DNA of 64,000 nucleotides, taken from Halieaceae bacterium. GTDB lineage: Bacteria; Pseudomonadota; Gammaproteobacteria; Pseudomonadales; Halieaceae. The notes under the pieces are model-generated. The model was not told where the DNA came from and ran no database searches. It saw nothing but the letters and a program-made list of their open reading frames with translations. The translations under genes were made by a program, and so were the position numbers. This document shows, piece after piece, positions 9,558 through 18,339 of this stretch (positions are counted from its first letter, which is position 1; each line of letters begins with the position of its first letter). Where the stretch lies: NCBI GenBank assembly GCA_047635315.1, contig JBLIIW010000001.1:225-64224 (forward strand). The letters are read 5' to 3'.

Positions 9558-9786
9558 ATGTCTACATACACAAGTCACCCACCAGTGAGAAAGTGTGCAG
9601 TTTCTGGCGTTAAGATTCATCGAAGGGCGGTGTGGCCTCGGCATACGCGCTCTGTTGTCGGCGATTCCTCGGGCGATAGATGCTAGGCTGGCAGTCTATG
9701 CTCGCCAGCGGTCTGTGACGGCATGTGATGGCGCTCGCTGCACCTGATATGAGACGGGAGCGTTTTGGAGTGACTTTGGAGTAGCA

Positions 9787-11814
9787 ATGCAAGAGCAGTC
9801 CTCCAGAATTCTACGCATTACAACCCCGTTGCCGGATGATCGCCATGCGGTCTCGGCCTGCGTTGGTGTCGAGCGCATCAACGATCTTTATTCTTTCAAG
9901 ATTTCAATTGTCACCGGCAGTGACCCGATTAACCCCGAGGAGTTGCTCGGCGAAGAAGTGACCCTGACGCTTGCCTATGCGGGTGTGGAGCGGCCTGTCT
10001 TTGGCCTGGTTGCTGGCTTCTGGCAGGTCGAGTCGAGCGGGGATAATGTTTTCCAGTATGAAATGGAAGTGGTCCCAAGGCTGTGGATCCTCGGTCTGTG
10101 TACGCACAATCGCATATTTTCAGAAAAGTCCACCCTGGACATCGTGAAGTCGGTAATAGAAGACGGCTGTGCGATGCCGTACAAGGACAAGACTACCGGA
10201 AGCTACACGCCAAGAGAGACCTGCCTGCAATACAACGAAACCGACCTCGATTTCGTGCGCCGCCTTCTTGCGGACGAGGGCATCGCTTTTTACTTCGAGC
10301 ACACGGATTCAGCGTCCACTATGGTGCTCGTTGATTCACCTGTTTCTGTAGAGGAGTGTTCGCCAGCCACCTACCCCTATAATGAAAGGAACCAGGCGAG
10401 CTACCGGGCAGCCGTGTCGCAGTTCCACCGCGGTGGCCGTCTGGGCGTTGGCGCTATAAAGAGTAGTGACTACCATGAATGGGCTCCGAAGTCGGTAAAT
10501 CTCAAGGAGGAACAATCCACAGCCAAGGCATCGCTGAAGCCCGGGGAGATGGAGGTTTACGGCCGACAGAACTTTATGTCCAGCGGCCAGAAGCGATCTT
10601 TTCCCAGCGGAGGGTCAAAAACCCAGGTTGGACGATGGCTCGATAGTCTGGAGCCCGACGACGATTCTTACGAGGGAAGCAGTGCCTTCCCGACATTGGT
10701 GGCCGGACATACCTTTACGCTGGAAGAAGACCCGAAGTGCAGTGGAGGGGTCAAGGATTTCCTGCTGCTTGAGGTAGTACATCAGGCGTCGGAGGGTCTC
10801 GATTCTGAGTCTTCCTACAGCAACCAGATCCGCTGTGCGCCCAAGGACTCACAGTCGGCATTTCGCCCGGACTTCAGTCCGGAATCTCCGCGCATCTGGG
10901 GTGTGCAGAGCGCGACGGTGGTTGAAGAAAAAACGCCCAACTCTTCGAGCTCCCTCGCGGAAATCAAGGTGCAGTTCCACTGGGACAGCGCGAATGAGAG
11001 CTGTTGGGCCAGAGTTGCGCAATTGTATGCGGGCAGCAAGTGGGGCGGTTATTTTGTGCCCCGCCTGGGCCAGGAAGTGCTGGTTGAGTTTATCAATGGC
11101 GATCCAGACAGGCCTGTAGTGATTGGTGCGGTTTACAATCAGGATAATCCGACGCCGCCCTATAAAAAATGGCAGAGTGGAATACGTACGAGTAAAGGGC
11201 GTACCTCGGCCGAGGAGAACAGTAGCGGCAAGTCTGACGAGACCTACAATGAGCTGCGTTTTGACGATAGCTCAGGCAAAGAAGAAGTCTACTTCCAGGC
11301 CCAGAAAGATCATAATTTCCTTGTGAAGAACAATGAAAAAGGTGAGATCGGGGGCGATCAGGAAGTCCTCATCAAAGGCGATCAAAAGCTCGATATCAAC
11401 GGCAGCCAGTACATTAATGTCGGGCTCAAGGAAAAGAACGGCGAAATCGAGATAGAGGCGGGCAAGTCAATAACGCTTACCGTCGGCAAAACAAGCATAA
11501 AGATCGAGTCGACAAAAATTACCCTGGATGCGGTGAAGGACGTAATCATCAAGGCGGGCAGCATCGTTGACATCGACGCTCAAATGGATGTGTTAGCCAA
11601 GGCAGGGATGAACATCGAGCTTGAAGGCGGCATGAATGCCGACCTGAAGGCGGGTATCAAGGTAACGGCAGAAGGCGGGATGCAAGCATTACTGAAGGGC
11701 GGCATGCAGGCAGACGTCGAGGCCACCATGGTCAAAGTGACGGGCAATGCTACGACCGCAGTGAGCGGCAATGCCATGCTCACTTTGAAGGGTGGTTTGG
11801 TCATGATCAACTAG
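9787..11814 (+). CDS. vgrG: T6SS spike protein VgrG (TssI)
   Basis: QYNETDLDFVRRLLADEGI, SCWARVAQ, PRLGQEVLVEFINGDPDRP, NELRFDD..GKEEVYFQAQKD. Confidence 0.96.
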   Translation: MQEQSSRILRITTPLPDDRHAVSACVGVERINDLYSFKISIVTGSDPINPEELLGEEVTLTLAYAGVERPVFGLVAGFWQVESSGDNVFQYEMEVVPRLWILGLCTHNRIFSEKSTLDIVKSVIEDGCAMPYKDKTTGSYTPRETCLQYNETDLDFVRRLLADEGIAFYFEHTDSASTMVLVDSPVSVEECSPATYPYNERNQASYRAAVSQFHRGGRLGVGAIKSSDYHEWAPKSVNLKEEQSTAKASLKPGEMEVYGRQNFMSSGQKRSFPSGGSKTQVGRWLDSLEPDDDSYEGSSAFPTLVAGHTFTLEEDPKCSGGVKDFLLLEVVHQASEGLDSESSYSNQIRCAPKDSQSAFRPDFSPESPRIWGVQSATVVEEKTPNSSSSLAEIKVQFHWDSANESCWARVAQLYAGSKWGGYFVPRLGQEVLVEFINGDPDRPVVIGAVYNQDNPTPPYKKWQSGIRTSKGRTSAEENSSGKSDETYNELRFDDSSGKEEVYFQAQKDHNFLVKNNEKGEIGGDQEVLIKGDQKLDINGSQYINVGLKEKNGEIEIEAGKSITLTVGKTSIKIESTKITLDAVKDVIIKAGSIVDIDAQMDVLAKAGMNIELEGGMNADLKAGIKVTAEGGMQALLKGGMQADVEATMVKVTGNATTAVSGNAMLTLKGGLVMIN

Positions 11815-11856
11815 GCAAGCTCTCCTTCATCTGAAATCACCGACGGGAAGAACGCA

Positions 11857-12339
11857 GTGGATATTTATTTGAAAGTGCCCTTCGCAAAGGGCGATGTAAC
11901 CGCGGATAAATTTAGCGAATGGATCGCCATCCAGAGTATGAATTTCCAGATTAGCAAGAGCGTCAGCATGGAGATTGGCAACCTGGATAACTATACCCGG
12001 GCCTTGCCCGACTTCGGGCAGGTCAACATCACCAAACTCCTGAACGAAGCTACAACCGAATTTTTCAATCATATTGCTCATTGCACAGCACCTTTCGAGG
12101 TTGAGATAGTATTAGTCGACGGCAGCCCGCCACTCGAATACGCGCGATTTGTGCTGGAGGGCGCTAATGTCACCAATTTCGAGTTCGCTGTTGGATCTGG
12201 AGGGGAGCCTTCTGAAGCAGCCAGCTTTTCTTACAAAGCACTCAAGGTACAGTTCACGCCGCGCAGGGCGGATGATTCCGAGGATTCCAAGCTGACTGCC
12301 CGTGCAGACCTCGCAAAGATTTTTAGGAGTAACCGTTAG
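11857..12339 (+). CDS. hcp: Second, divergent Hcp-family protein
   Basis: 160 aa; IYLK...KGDVTA..FSEWIAIQSMNF, PSEAASFSYK; same length and motif spacing as Hcp at 9019. Confidence 0.8.
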   Translation: MDIYLKVPFAKGDVTADKFSEWIAIQSMNFQISKSVSMEIGNLDNYTRALPDFGQVNITKLLNEATTEFFNHIAHCTAPFEVEIVLVDGSPPLEYARFVLEGANVTNFEFAVGSGGEPSEAASFSYKALKVQFTPRRADDSEDSKLTARADLAKIFRSNR

Positions 12340-12425
12340 TTTCTTGCGAGTCGCCTGGCGCCGTCCTCTGGCCGCTCAGGCATTGCAGCCAACCGGGCGG
12401 GGCATTCGATTGCGGGGTCCAGCTG

Positions 12426-14189
12426 TTAGCGAGCGCCTGTTTCTTTCAGTACCAACAAAGCCCCGCTGTGCCCCGGTTCCTTCGCCAGTATTTGCTGCGC
12501 CTGAAAACGCGCCTCCGCCATTCTTTGCTGCCGCTGCAGGGCGATAGCCAGGGACCAGCGTGCGTTAGTGGGGCAGCCGGGGATCTCTATGGCCTGGGAT
12601 AGGTACTGTTCGGCTCGCGCGTAATCCTCCTCACGCATGGCGTAATAACCCAGATTGACCAGCAGAGGTAGCCGTTCCCGTGGCGCCCTGAGTTGGCGAA
12701 GCATGCTGTTTCCAGCCGGATAGACGCGCTCCGGCGCGGTTTCCATGGCCAGCATAAGAAACCCGCTTGAGAGTTGTGCCGGCACTTTGCCGGCGAGTTC
12801 GTCGTAGCGCTTTTGCAACACCTCGAGGGCCCGCGGCTTATTGCCCGCCCTAAACTGGCGGCTGGCGAGGTTTGCCACAACGCGGTTGTGTTGCGGGCTC
12901 AGGCGGTACTCGCGCTCGTAGAATCCTATGGGGTCGCGCCATTGCAGATTGCGCTGTACGGTCAGCGTAGAGAGGCTCAGCAACACAACGGTCAGGCCCG
13001 CAAAGACGGCCTTTCTGCGCCCTTCCTGCCGCAACAAATGCTGAACGATAGCCCCGGCGACCAATACCAGGCCGATGTCGGGTAAATAGCTGCGGTGTTC
13101 CACGGCGAGGTCCTTGATGGGAATGACGCTGGACTCGATGATATGGCCGGTGTAGTACAGGAAAATGCCGTAGGCGATGACCCGGTGCTTGTTCAACAGC
13201 GCCACCCCAAGACCCAGCAATGCGAGGTGGATAGCGCTGGCCATGAGAATAGTGATTGTAGAAAAGGACCCTGGGCTCAGGTCGTACTCAAGACGTAGTT
13301 GCAGGGGCAGCAGGAACTTTCCCAAATAGATCAGCAGTACCGCCTGCTGGGCCTGGAAATAGTCCCAGCGCGAGATGCTGCGGGCGTCGCGCGTTAGGCC
13401 ATCCAGGGACTCCGCCAGTTCGGTGGACATGCCGCTGGCCGCCATCCAGCCCAGTAGTACCACCAGCAGTCCGCCGCCGGCCAGCATCAGGAACTGCCTG
13501 CGCGACAGGCGCGGCATGTCTGTGCGTACGATGACTCCTTCGGTCAGCAGCAGCGCCAGGGGCAGGCTGAAGGCGCTCTGCTTGCTCAGCAGGGCGGCAA
13601 AAAAGCTGAGGGCACAGAACCCTCCATAGAGCCGCCGTTTCGGCGCGGACTCACACCCGCGGAAGAACAGAAACAGAATAAGTGTCGCCAGATAAAAAAG
13701 GGAGGCGAGGCTCGCCGCACGTTGCACGACATAAGTGACGGCCTGAGTGTGCAGTGGGTGGCTGGCAAAAAGTAGAGCACTCGCCAGTGCCGGCAGGACG
13801 TAAAGCAGGGTTTTTGTACGCGGCTTGCTCTTTGTGCTGTGTGTGCGGCGTGTCCGCGCCGCGGGTTCCAGTAGCAGCCAGGCCAGGGTGAAAACCAGCC
13901 AGCAGTTGACCGTGTGGATGGCCATGTTGGTGAGATGAAAGCCCCGCGGTGAGACGCCCTGTAGTTGTACATCTGCCCAGAAACTCGCGTAGGTGACGGC
14001 GCGCATGGGCTGGGCCTTGAGGACATCCTGCAGGGAGCCGCCGGAAACCGTGAGGTTGTTACTGATAGAGTCGAAGTCGTCCAGATAGAAGGGTACGGCG
14101 AGCGTATTCAGGTATAGAGACACGCAGACCACGCCGAGAATCCCGAGGCAGAGTACCCGTAGGCGGAAGGTCTTTCGGCCATCGGTCAT
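12426..14189 (-). CDS. Polytopic GT-C glycosyltransferase with C-terminal TPRs (TMTC/TfpW-like)
   Basis: YLDD acidic motif after TM1, HLTNMAIH, LFASHPLHTQAVTYVVQR, LLSKQ, EHRSYLP, RNLQW, then TPR-like helices. Confidence 0.8.
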   Translation of the reverse strand: MTDGRKTFRLRVLCLGILGVVCVSLYLNTLAVPFYLDDFDSISNNLTVSGGSLQDVLKAQPMRAVTYASFWADVQLQGVSPRGFHLTNMAIHTVNCWLVFTLAWLLLEPAARTRRTHSTKSKPRTKTLLYVLPALASALLFASHPLHTQAVTYVVQRAASLASLFYLATLILFLFFRGCESAPKRRLYGGFCALSFFAALLSKQSAFSLPLALLLTEGVIVRTDMPRLSRRQFLMLAGGGLLVVLLGWMAASGMSTELAESLDGLTRDARSISRWDYFQAQQAVLLIYLGKFLLPLQLRLEYDLSPGSFSTITILMASAIHLALLGLGVALLNKHRVIAYGIFLYYTGHIIESSVIPIKDLAVEHRSYLPDIGLVLVAGAIVQHLLRQEGRRKAVFAGLTVVLLSLSTLTVQRNLQWRDPIGFYEREYRLSPQHNRVVANLASRQFRAGNKPRALEVLQKRYDELAGKVPAQLSSGFLMLAMETAPERVYPAGNSMLRQLRAPRERLPLLVNLGYYAMREEDYARAEQYLSQAIEIPGCPTNARWSLAIALQRQQRMAEARFQAQQILAKEPGHSGALLVLKETGAR

Positions 14190-14229
14190 TGCAGCTCCCC
14201 GCCGCCGATAGCGCCTTCGTGCTTCGTGC

Positions 14230-15180
14230 CTACGTTTTTGGTCCCTTTAGCGGCGATTTCTCTCTGCCCTTGTGTGCGCGCGGATGTGCACTGTCGTATA
14301 CCTTTGCGAGGTGCTGGAAATCCAGATGCGTGTAGATCTGCGTGGTCGAGATGTCACTGTGCCCGAGCAACTCCTGAACCGCCCGCAGATCGCTGCTCGA
14401 TTCAAGGACGTGGCTGGCAAAGGAGTGCCGCAGCATGTGTGGATGTACGTCGCGGCCCATTCCATTGCGCCGACCCAGGAGCCGGATACGCGACTGGATC
14501 GATCGTTCGCTGATACGCTGTCCGCGACGGCTCAGAAACAGCGCTGCCTCGGCATCCGCGCTGATCGGCGCGGGTCGGTGAACTAACCAGGCGTCAATGG
14601 CGGCGACCGCCGGCCTGCCCACGGGAATACTGCGTGTCTTATTGCCTTTGCCAGTGACCGTGATCAGTAACTGGCTGCGATCCAGATCGTCCCGATCGGC
14701 GGCGCGCAGCTCCGCCAGGCGTAGGCCCGATGAGTAAAACAGTTCCGCCATGGCGGCATCCCGGAGTGACAGGGGGTCATCCGCGTCGGCGCGGAGAAAG
14801 TTCGCCATGTCGTCCACTTCGAGAGTTCCCGGCAGTTTCCGGCGACCGCGGGGTGCCTGCACCGCCAGCGCGGGATTGCGGCGCTCGCCGCCCTGCCGAC
14901 TCAGGTGTTCGAAGAAGGAGCGCAGGGCGGAGAGGCGCCGCTGCAGACTGCTGGCCGACAGCTTCGCACGATGCCCGGCGCTGAGCCACTGGCGCACGTG
15001 TGCCTCCTGTATGAGCTGGCAATTATCCAGCCCTTTTTGCTTACTGAAGTCGCAGAAGACGCGCAGATCACGTCCATAGGCCTCTACCGTGTGTGGGGAG
15101 AGGCGGCGCACGCTGGCGAGGTAGTCGAGGAACATTGCAACGTCACGCTCCAGCCCCGACGGTTGCCCCGCGCCCGACAT
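14230..15180 (-). CDS. xerC: Tyrosine recombinase XerC
   Basis: LFYSSGLRLAEL, VTGKGNKTR, HPHMLRHSFASH, LLGHSDISTTQIYTHLDFQHLAKVYD; dapF-DUF484-xerC synteny. Confidence 0.96.
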   Translation of the reverse strand: MSGAGQPSGLERDVAMFLDYLASVRRLSPHTVEAYGRDLRVFCDFSKQKGLDNCQLIQEAHVRQWLSAGHRAKLSASSLQRRLSALRSFFEHLSRQGGERRNPALAVQAPRGRRKLPGTLEVDDMANFLRADADDPLSLRDAAMAELFYSSGLRLAELRAADRDDLDRSQLLITVTGKGNKTRSIPVGRPAVAAIDAWLVHRPAPISADAEAALFLSRRGQRISERSIQSRIRLLGRRNGMGRDVHPHMLRHSFASHVLESSSDLRAVQELLGHSDISTTQIYTHLDFQHLAKVYDSAHPRAHKGREKSPLKGPKT

Positions 15181-15182
15181 AC

Positions 15183-15839
15183 TCAGTCTTTCTCAAAGCG
15201 CAGTATCAGCTGCCCCATGACTTCTGCAGCAAACTGCAGAAACACTGTGCCCATGTCGCTACCGTAATGCGCCGAATTGGAGCTGCCTACGGCGAGGAGC
15301 CCCAGGGTTCTGCCATCGGCCTCAATTAACGCCACTGCTGCGGAGCCGACGAGGCGAGCCTGGGGAAACAGGGCCGCAAACTGGTCTGCACGCAGGGCTG
15401 CGCAGCCAGCGTTACCGCGCCCGAGGATGGCGCCGAGCATTGCGCGCGCCTTTGCCTCGTCCAAATAGTGCCAGGGCGTTGCAGCGGCGCTGGCTTCGTC
15501 GAACAGGGTCAGGCTGGCATACTCGATATCAAAATTATCGCGCAGTACGCCCATCAATGCGCCGTGCGCCGCGCTCAAATCATGCGATGGGAGCAGCGCC
15601 AGAACCAGCTGCCGCGTGTCGGCAAAGAGCTGGTCATTGTCCCGTGCTGTGCTGCCGAGGTCGCGAAGACGGTGACGCAGGTCCACGTTGCGATCGCGCA
15701 GTACGCTGACCTGTCGCTCTACTAAAGAAACCGCCGCACCGGAGGCATGGGGTATCTGCAGCAAGCCCAGCAGTTCCGGATTGCGCTGAAAGTAATCCGG
15801 ATTCTCTACCAGAAACTCGCGAATATCGTCCTCGTTCAC
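15183..15839 (-). CDS. DUF484 family protein (YigA-like)
   Basis: NPDYFQRNPELL..L.IPH..GAAVSLVERQ; DMGTVFL; lies between dapF and xerC. Confidence 0.9.
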   Translation of the reverse strand: MNEDDIREFLVENPDYFQRNPELLGLLQIPHASGAAVSLVERQVSVLRDRNVDLRHRLRDLGSTARDNDQLFADTRQLVLALLPSHDLSAAHGALMGVLRDNFDIEYASLTLFDEASAAATPWHYLDEAKARAMLGAILGRGNAGCAALRADQFAALFPQARLVGSAAVALIEADGRTLGLLAVGSSNSAHYGSDMGTVFLQFAAEVMGQLILRFEKD

Positions 15840-15855
15840 GCTCGCTTTTCTCTCC

Positions 15856-15885
15856 TGTGCTATTGATTGTTCTATTGATTGTGCT
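15856..15885. repeat. 12-bp tandem repeat, 2.5 copies
   Basis: TGTGCTATTGAT TGTTCTATTGAT TGTGCT, adjacent to the DUF484 RBS. Confidence 0.7.
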
Positions 15886-15931
15886 GTGCGTTGTTAAGGA
15901 GGCGTAGCAAGCATTCACACTCGCCGCCCGG

Positions 15932-16762
15932 CTAAAGCCGAAAGGAGCCCTCGAAACTGATGGCCGTGGGCCCCGTGAGCCGCACCGTGTCGCCCTCACC
16001 TTTCCATTGCACCCGCAGCTTACCCCCCGGTAATTCCACTGTCACCCGCTCATCCAGCCAGCCCATTCGCCGCCCGTGTACCACGGCGGCACAGGCGCCT
16101 GAACCACAGGCCTGCGTTTCCCCAACGCCCCGCTCGTACACGCGCAGGCGGATATGGCCGCGATTCACGACCTCCATAAAGCCGGCATTCACATGCTCGG
16201 GGAAGTCATCATGGGCCTCGATCTTCGGGCCAAGGTGCTGCACGCAGGCCTCGTCGCCCGCTGCCACGCGCAGCACGGCGTGCGGGTTACCCATGGACAG
16301 AGCGCCGACACGCAGGACCTCGCTGTCTAACTGGAGGCTGTACTCCGCTTCGGCGTGCTCCCGGCGCATGGGTATATCTGCGGGATTCAAGCGCGGCAGG
16401 CCCATGTCGACCTCGACCTGCTGGTCGTCCAGCATCGTCAGCGTCATCAGTCCGCCGCTGGTCTCAACGACCAGATTCGCCAGCGGTGTCAGTTTGCGGT
16501 GACGCACAAAACGCGCGAAACAGCGCGCGCCGTTACCGCACTGGCCAGACTCGCTGCCGTCGGCATTGAATATGCGGTAGCGGAAATCGGCGTCTGGCCT
16601 GTCCGGCGGTTCGACGAGCAGTACCTGATCGCAGCCGATGCCCAGATGCCGGTCCGAGATTCTGCGAATATCGCGGGGTTGCAGCTTCACGCACTGACTG
16701 ATGGTGTCGATCATCACGAAGTCGTTTCCGGCGCCGTGCATCTTGGTAAACTTAACGGGCAT
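15932..16762 (-). CDS. dapF: Diaminopimelate epimerase
   Basis: FTKMHGAGNDF, QCGNGARC, SMGNPH, RVYERGVGETQACGSGACA. Confidence 0.97.
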   Translation of the reverse strand: MPVKFTKMHGAGNDFVMIDTISQCVKLQPRDIRRISDRHLGIGCDQVLLVEPPDRPDADFRYRIFNADGSESGQCGNGARCFARFVRHRKLTPLANLVVETSGGLMTLTMLDDQQVEVDMGLPRLNPADIPMRREHAEAEYSLQLDSEVLRVGALSMGNPHAVLRVAAGDEACVQHLGPKIEAHDDFPEHVNAGFMEVVNRGHIRLRVYERGVGETQACGSGACAAVVHGRRMGWLDERVTVELPGGKLRVQWKGEGDTVRLTGPTAISFEGSFRL

Positions 16763-16858
16763 GGGGGGGTCCCCGTGTCCCTTTTCTGACGCGCAAATTG
16801 GCGCAAGAGTTGGTGCGATACCGGGCGCTGTGCAGAGTTCGCTGAAAAGCTGGCACGC

Positions 16859-18109
16859 TTATACGCTGGGGAGGCGGTGCTCACCGCGCATCAGATCTTC
16901 CAGTGTCTCGCGTTCCCGAATCAGGTGACAGGTCTCGCCGTCTACCATGAGTTCGGCGGCGCGCGGTCGGCTGTTGTAATTTGAACTCATGACAAAGCCA
17001 TAGGCGCCGGCCCCGTGCACCGCCAGAAGCGTTCCCTCCTCAAGCGCCAGTTCCCGGTCCTTGCCCAGGCAATCAGCCGTTTCACAGACCGGGCCGACGA
17101 TGTCCCAGCGCTTTGCGGCGCAGTCAGCCGCCTTTACGGTGCTTATAGCGACCCAGGCCTGGTAAAGCGCGGGGCGAATGAAATCGTTCATGGCCGCATC
17201 GACAAGGGCAAAGTTATGGGAGCCGGTTTCCTTGAGATAATGCACGCGGGTCAGCAATACGCCCGCGTTGGCAACGATGGAGCGTCCAGGCTCCAGAACC
17301 AGGGTCAGCTTGCGCGCGCCAATAGCATCGCGCAGCGCTTCGATATACGCACCGATCGCCGGCGGCACTTCATTTTTGTAGCGAACACCGATACCGCCGC
17401 CGAGATCGAGGTGGCTTATGGCTATTCCCTCCGCGTCCAGCTGGTCGATCAATATGAGCAGTTCCTGCGCCGCTTCAAGCAGCGGGGCCATATCCGTAAG
17501 CTGCGAGCCAATATGGCAATCGAGGCCTACCACATCGATATTGTCTAAACTTTTGGCCCGGCGGAGTAGCGACAGGGCTGCTTCCCGATCCACGCCGAAC
17601 TTGTTTTCTTTAAGGCCTGTGGAGATATAGGGGTGGGTCTTGGCATCCACATCCGGGTTGACCCGAACCGATATGGGAGCGCGCAGGGACAGTTCTGCGG
17701 CCACCGACTGCAGCACATCGAGTTCTGCGGTTGATTCAAGATTGAAGCAGCGGATACCGACCTGTAAGGCACGACGCAGTTCCCGGCGCTGCTTGACGAC
17801 ACCTGAGAAAACCACCTTGGCGGGATCGCCCCCCGCCGCCAGTACACGCTCGAGTTCGCCCAGAGAAACGATGTCAAAGCCCGCGCCCCGGCGCGCCAGC
17901 GTATCGAGTACCGCCAGGCTGGAGTTGGCCTTTACCGCGTAGCAGATGAGGTGTTCGCAACCGGCGAGAGCCTGTTGGTACTCATCAAAGGCCGCCTCTA
18001 TAGCGGAGCGCGAATACACATAGCAGGGCGTACCGTGCTGCTCGGCGATAGTGCTGCAGTCCACGCCTTCTGCAAACAGGGATCCGTTATTGTTGGAGGA
18101 AAAAGCCAT
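16859..18109 (-). CDS. lysA: Diaminopimelate decarboxylase
   Basis: YAVKAN, HPYISTGLKENKFG, HIGSQ, EPGRS, GPVCET, GAYGFVMSSNYN; start taken at ATG 18109. Confidence 0.96.
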   Translation of the reverse strand: MAFSSNNNGSLFAEGVDCSTIAEQHGTPCYVYSRSAIEAAFDEYQQALAGCEHLICYAVKANSSLAVLDTLARRGAGFDIVSLGELERVLAAGGDPAKVVFSGVVKQRRELRRALQVGIRCFNLESTAELDVLQSVAAELSLRAPISVRVNPDVDAKTHPYISTGLKENKFGVDREAALSLLRRAKSLDNIDVVGLDCHIGSQLTDMAPLLEAAQELLILIDQLDAEGIAISHLDLGGGIGVRYKNEVPPAIGAYIEALRDAIGARKLTLVLEPGRSIVANAGVLLTRVHYLKETGSHNFALVDAAMNDFIRPALYQAWVAISTVKAADCAAKRWDIVGPVCETADCLGKDRELALEEGTLLAVHGAGAYGFVMSSNYNSRPRAAELMVDGETCHLIRERETLEDLMRGEHRLPSV

Positions 18110-18128
18110 TCTCGAGTGCCGATTGCAA

Positions 18129-18284
18129 TCAGCGCGCGGAATCGGCGCTGGGCGCGGCATCTACATCGGCGCCGCCGACGTCAGCGCCCTGTGCCGGCGG
18201 CTGGTAGAGCGCCCCCATCTGCCCGCAGCCGTGCAACTGGGCGAGGGAAATGGCGAGCAGGCATAAAATCGGGAAACGGGTCAT
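18129..18284 (-). CDS. lptM: Small lipoprotein LptM/YifL (LppL-like)
   Basis: Signal peptide + LHGCGQMGALYQP, matching the CGxKGPLYxP motif; directly upstream of lysA. Confidence 0.8.
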   Translation of the reverse strand: MTRFPILCLLAISLAQLHGCGQMGALYQPPAQGADVGGADVDAAPSADSAR

Positions 18285-18339
18285 GGGAGTCTGGGCTGGC
18301 AGGGAGCGAGCAGTATAAACCCCTGCTCCCTGTCTGGTC

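Noticed and set aside
14230-15180. Tyrosine recombinase as the integrase of the T6SS island
   Set aside because: Motifs and dapF-DUF484 context identify housekeeping XerC; no att or dif site seen.
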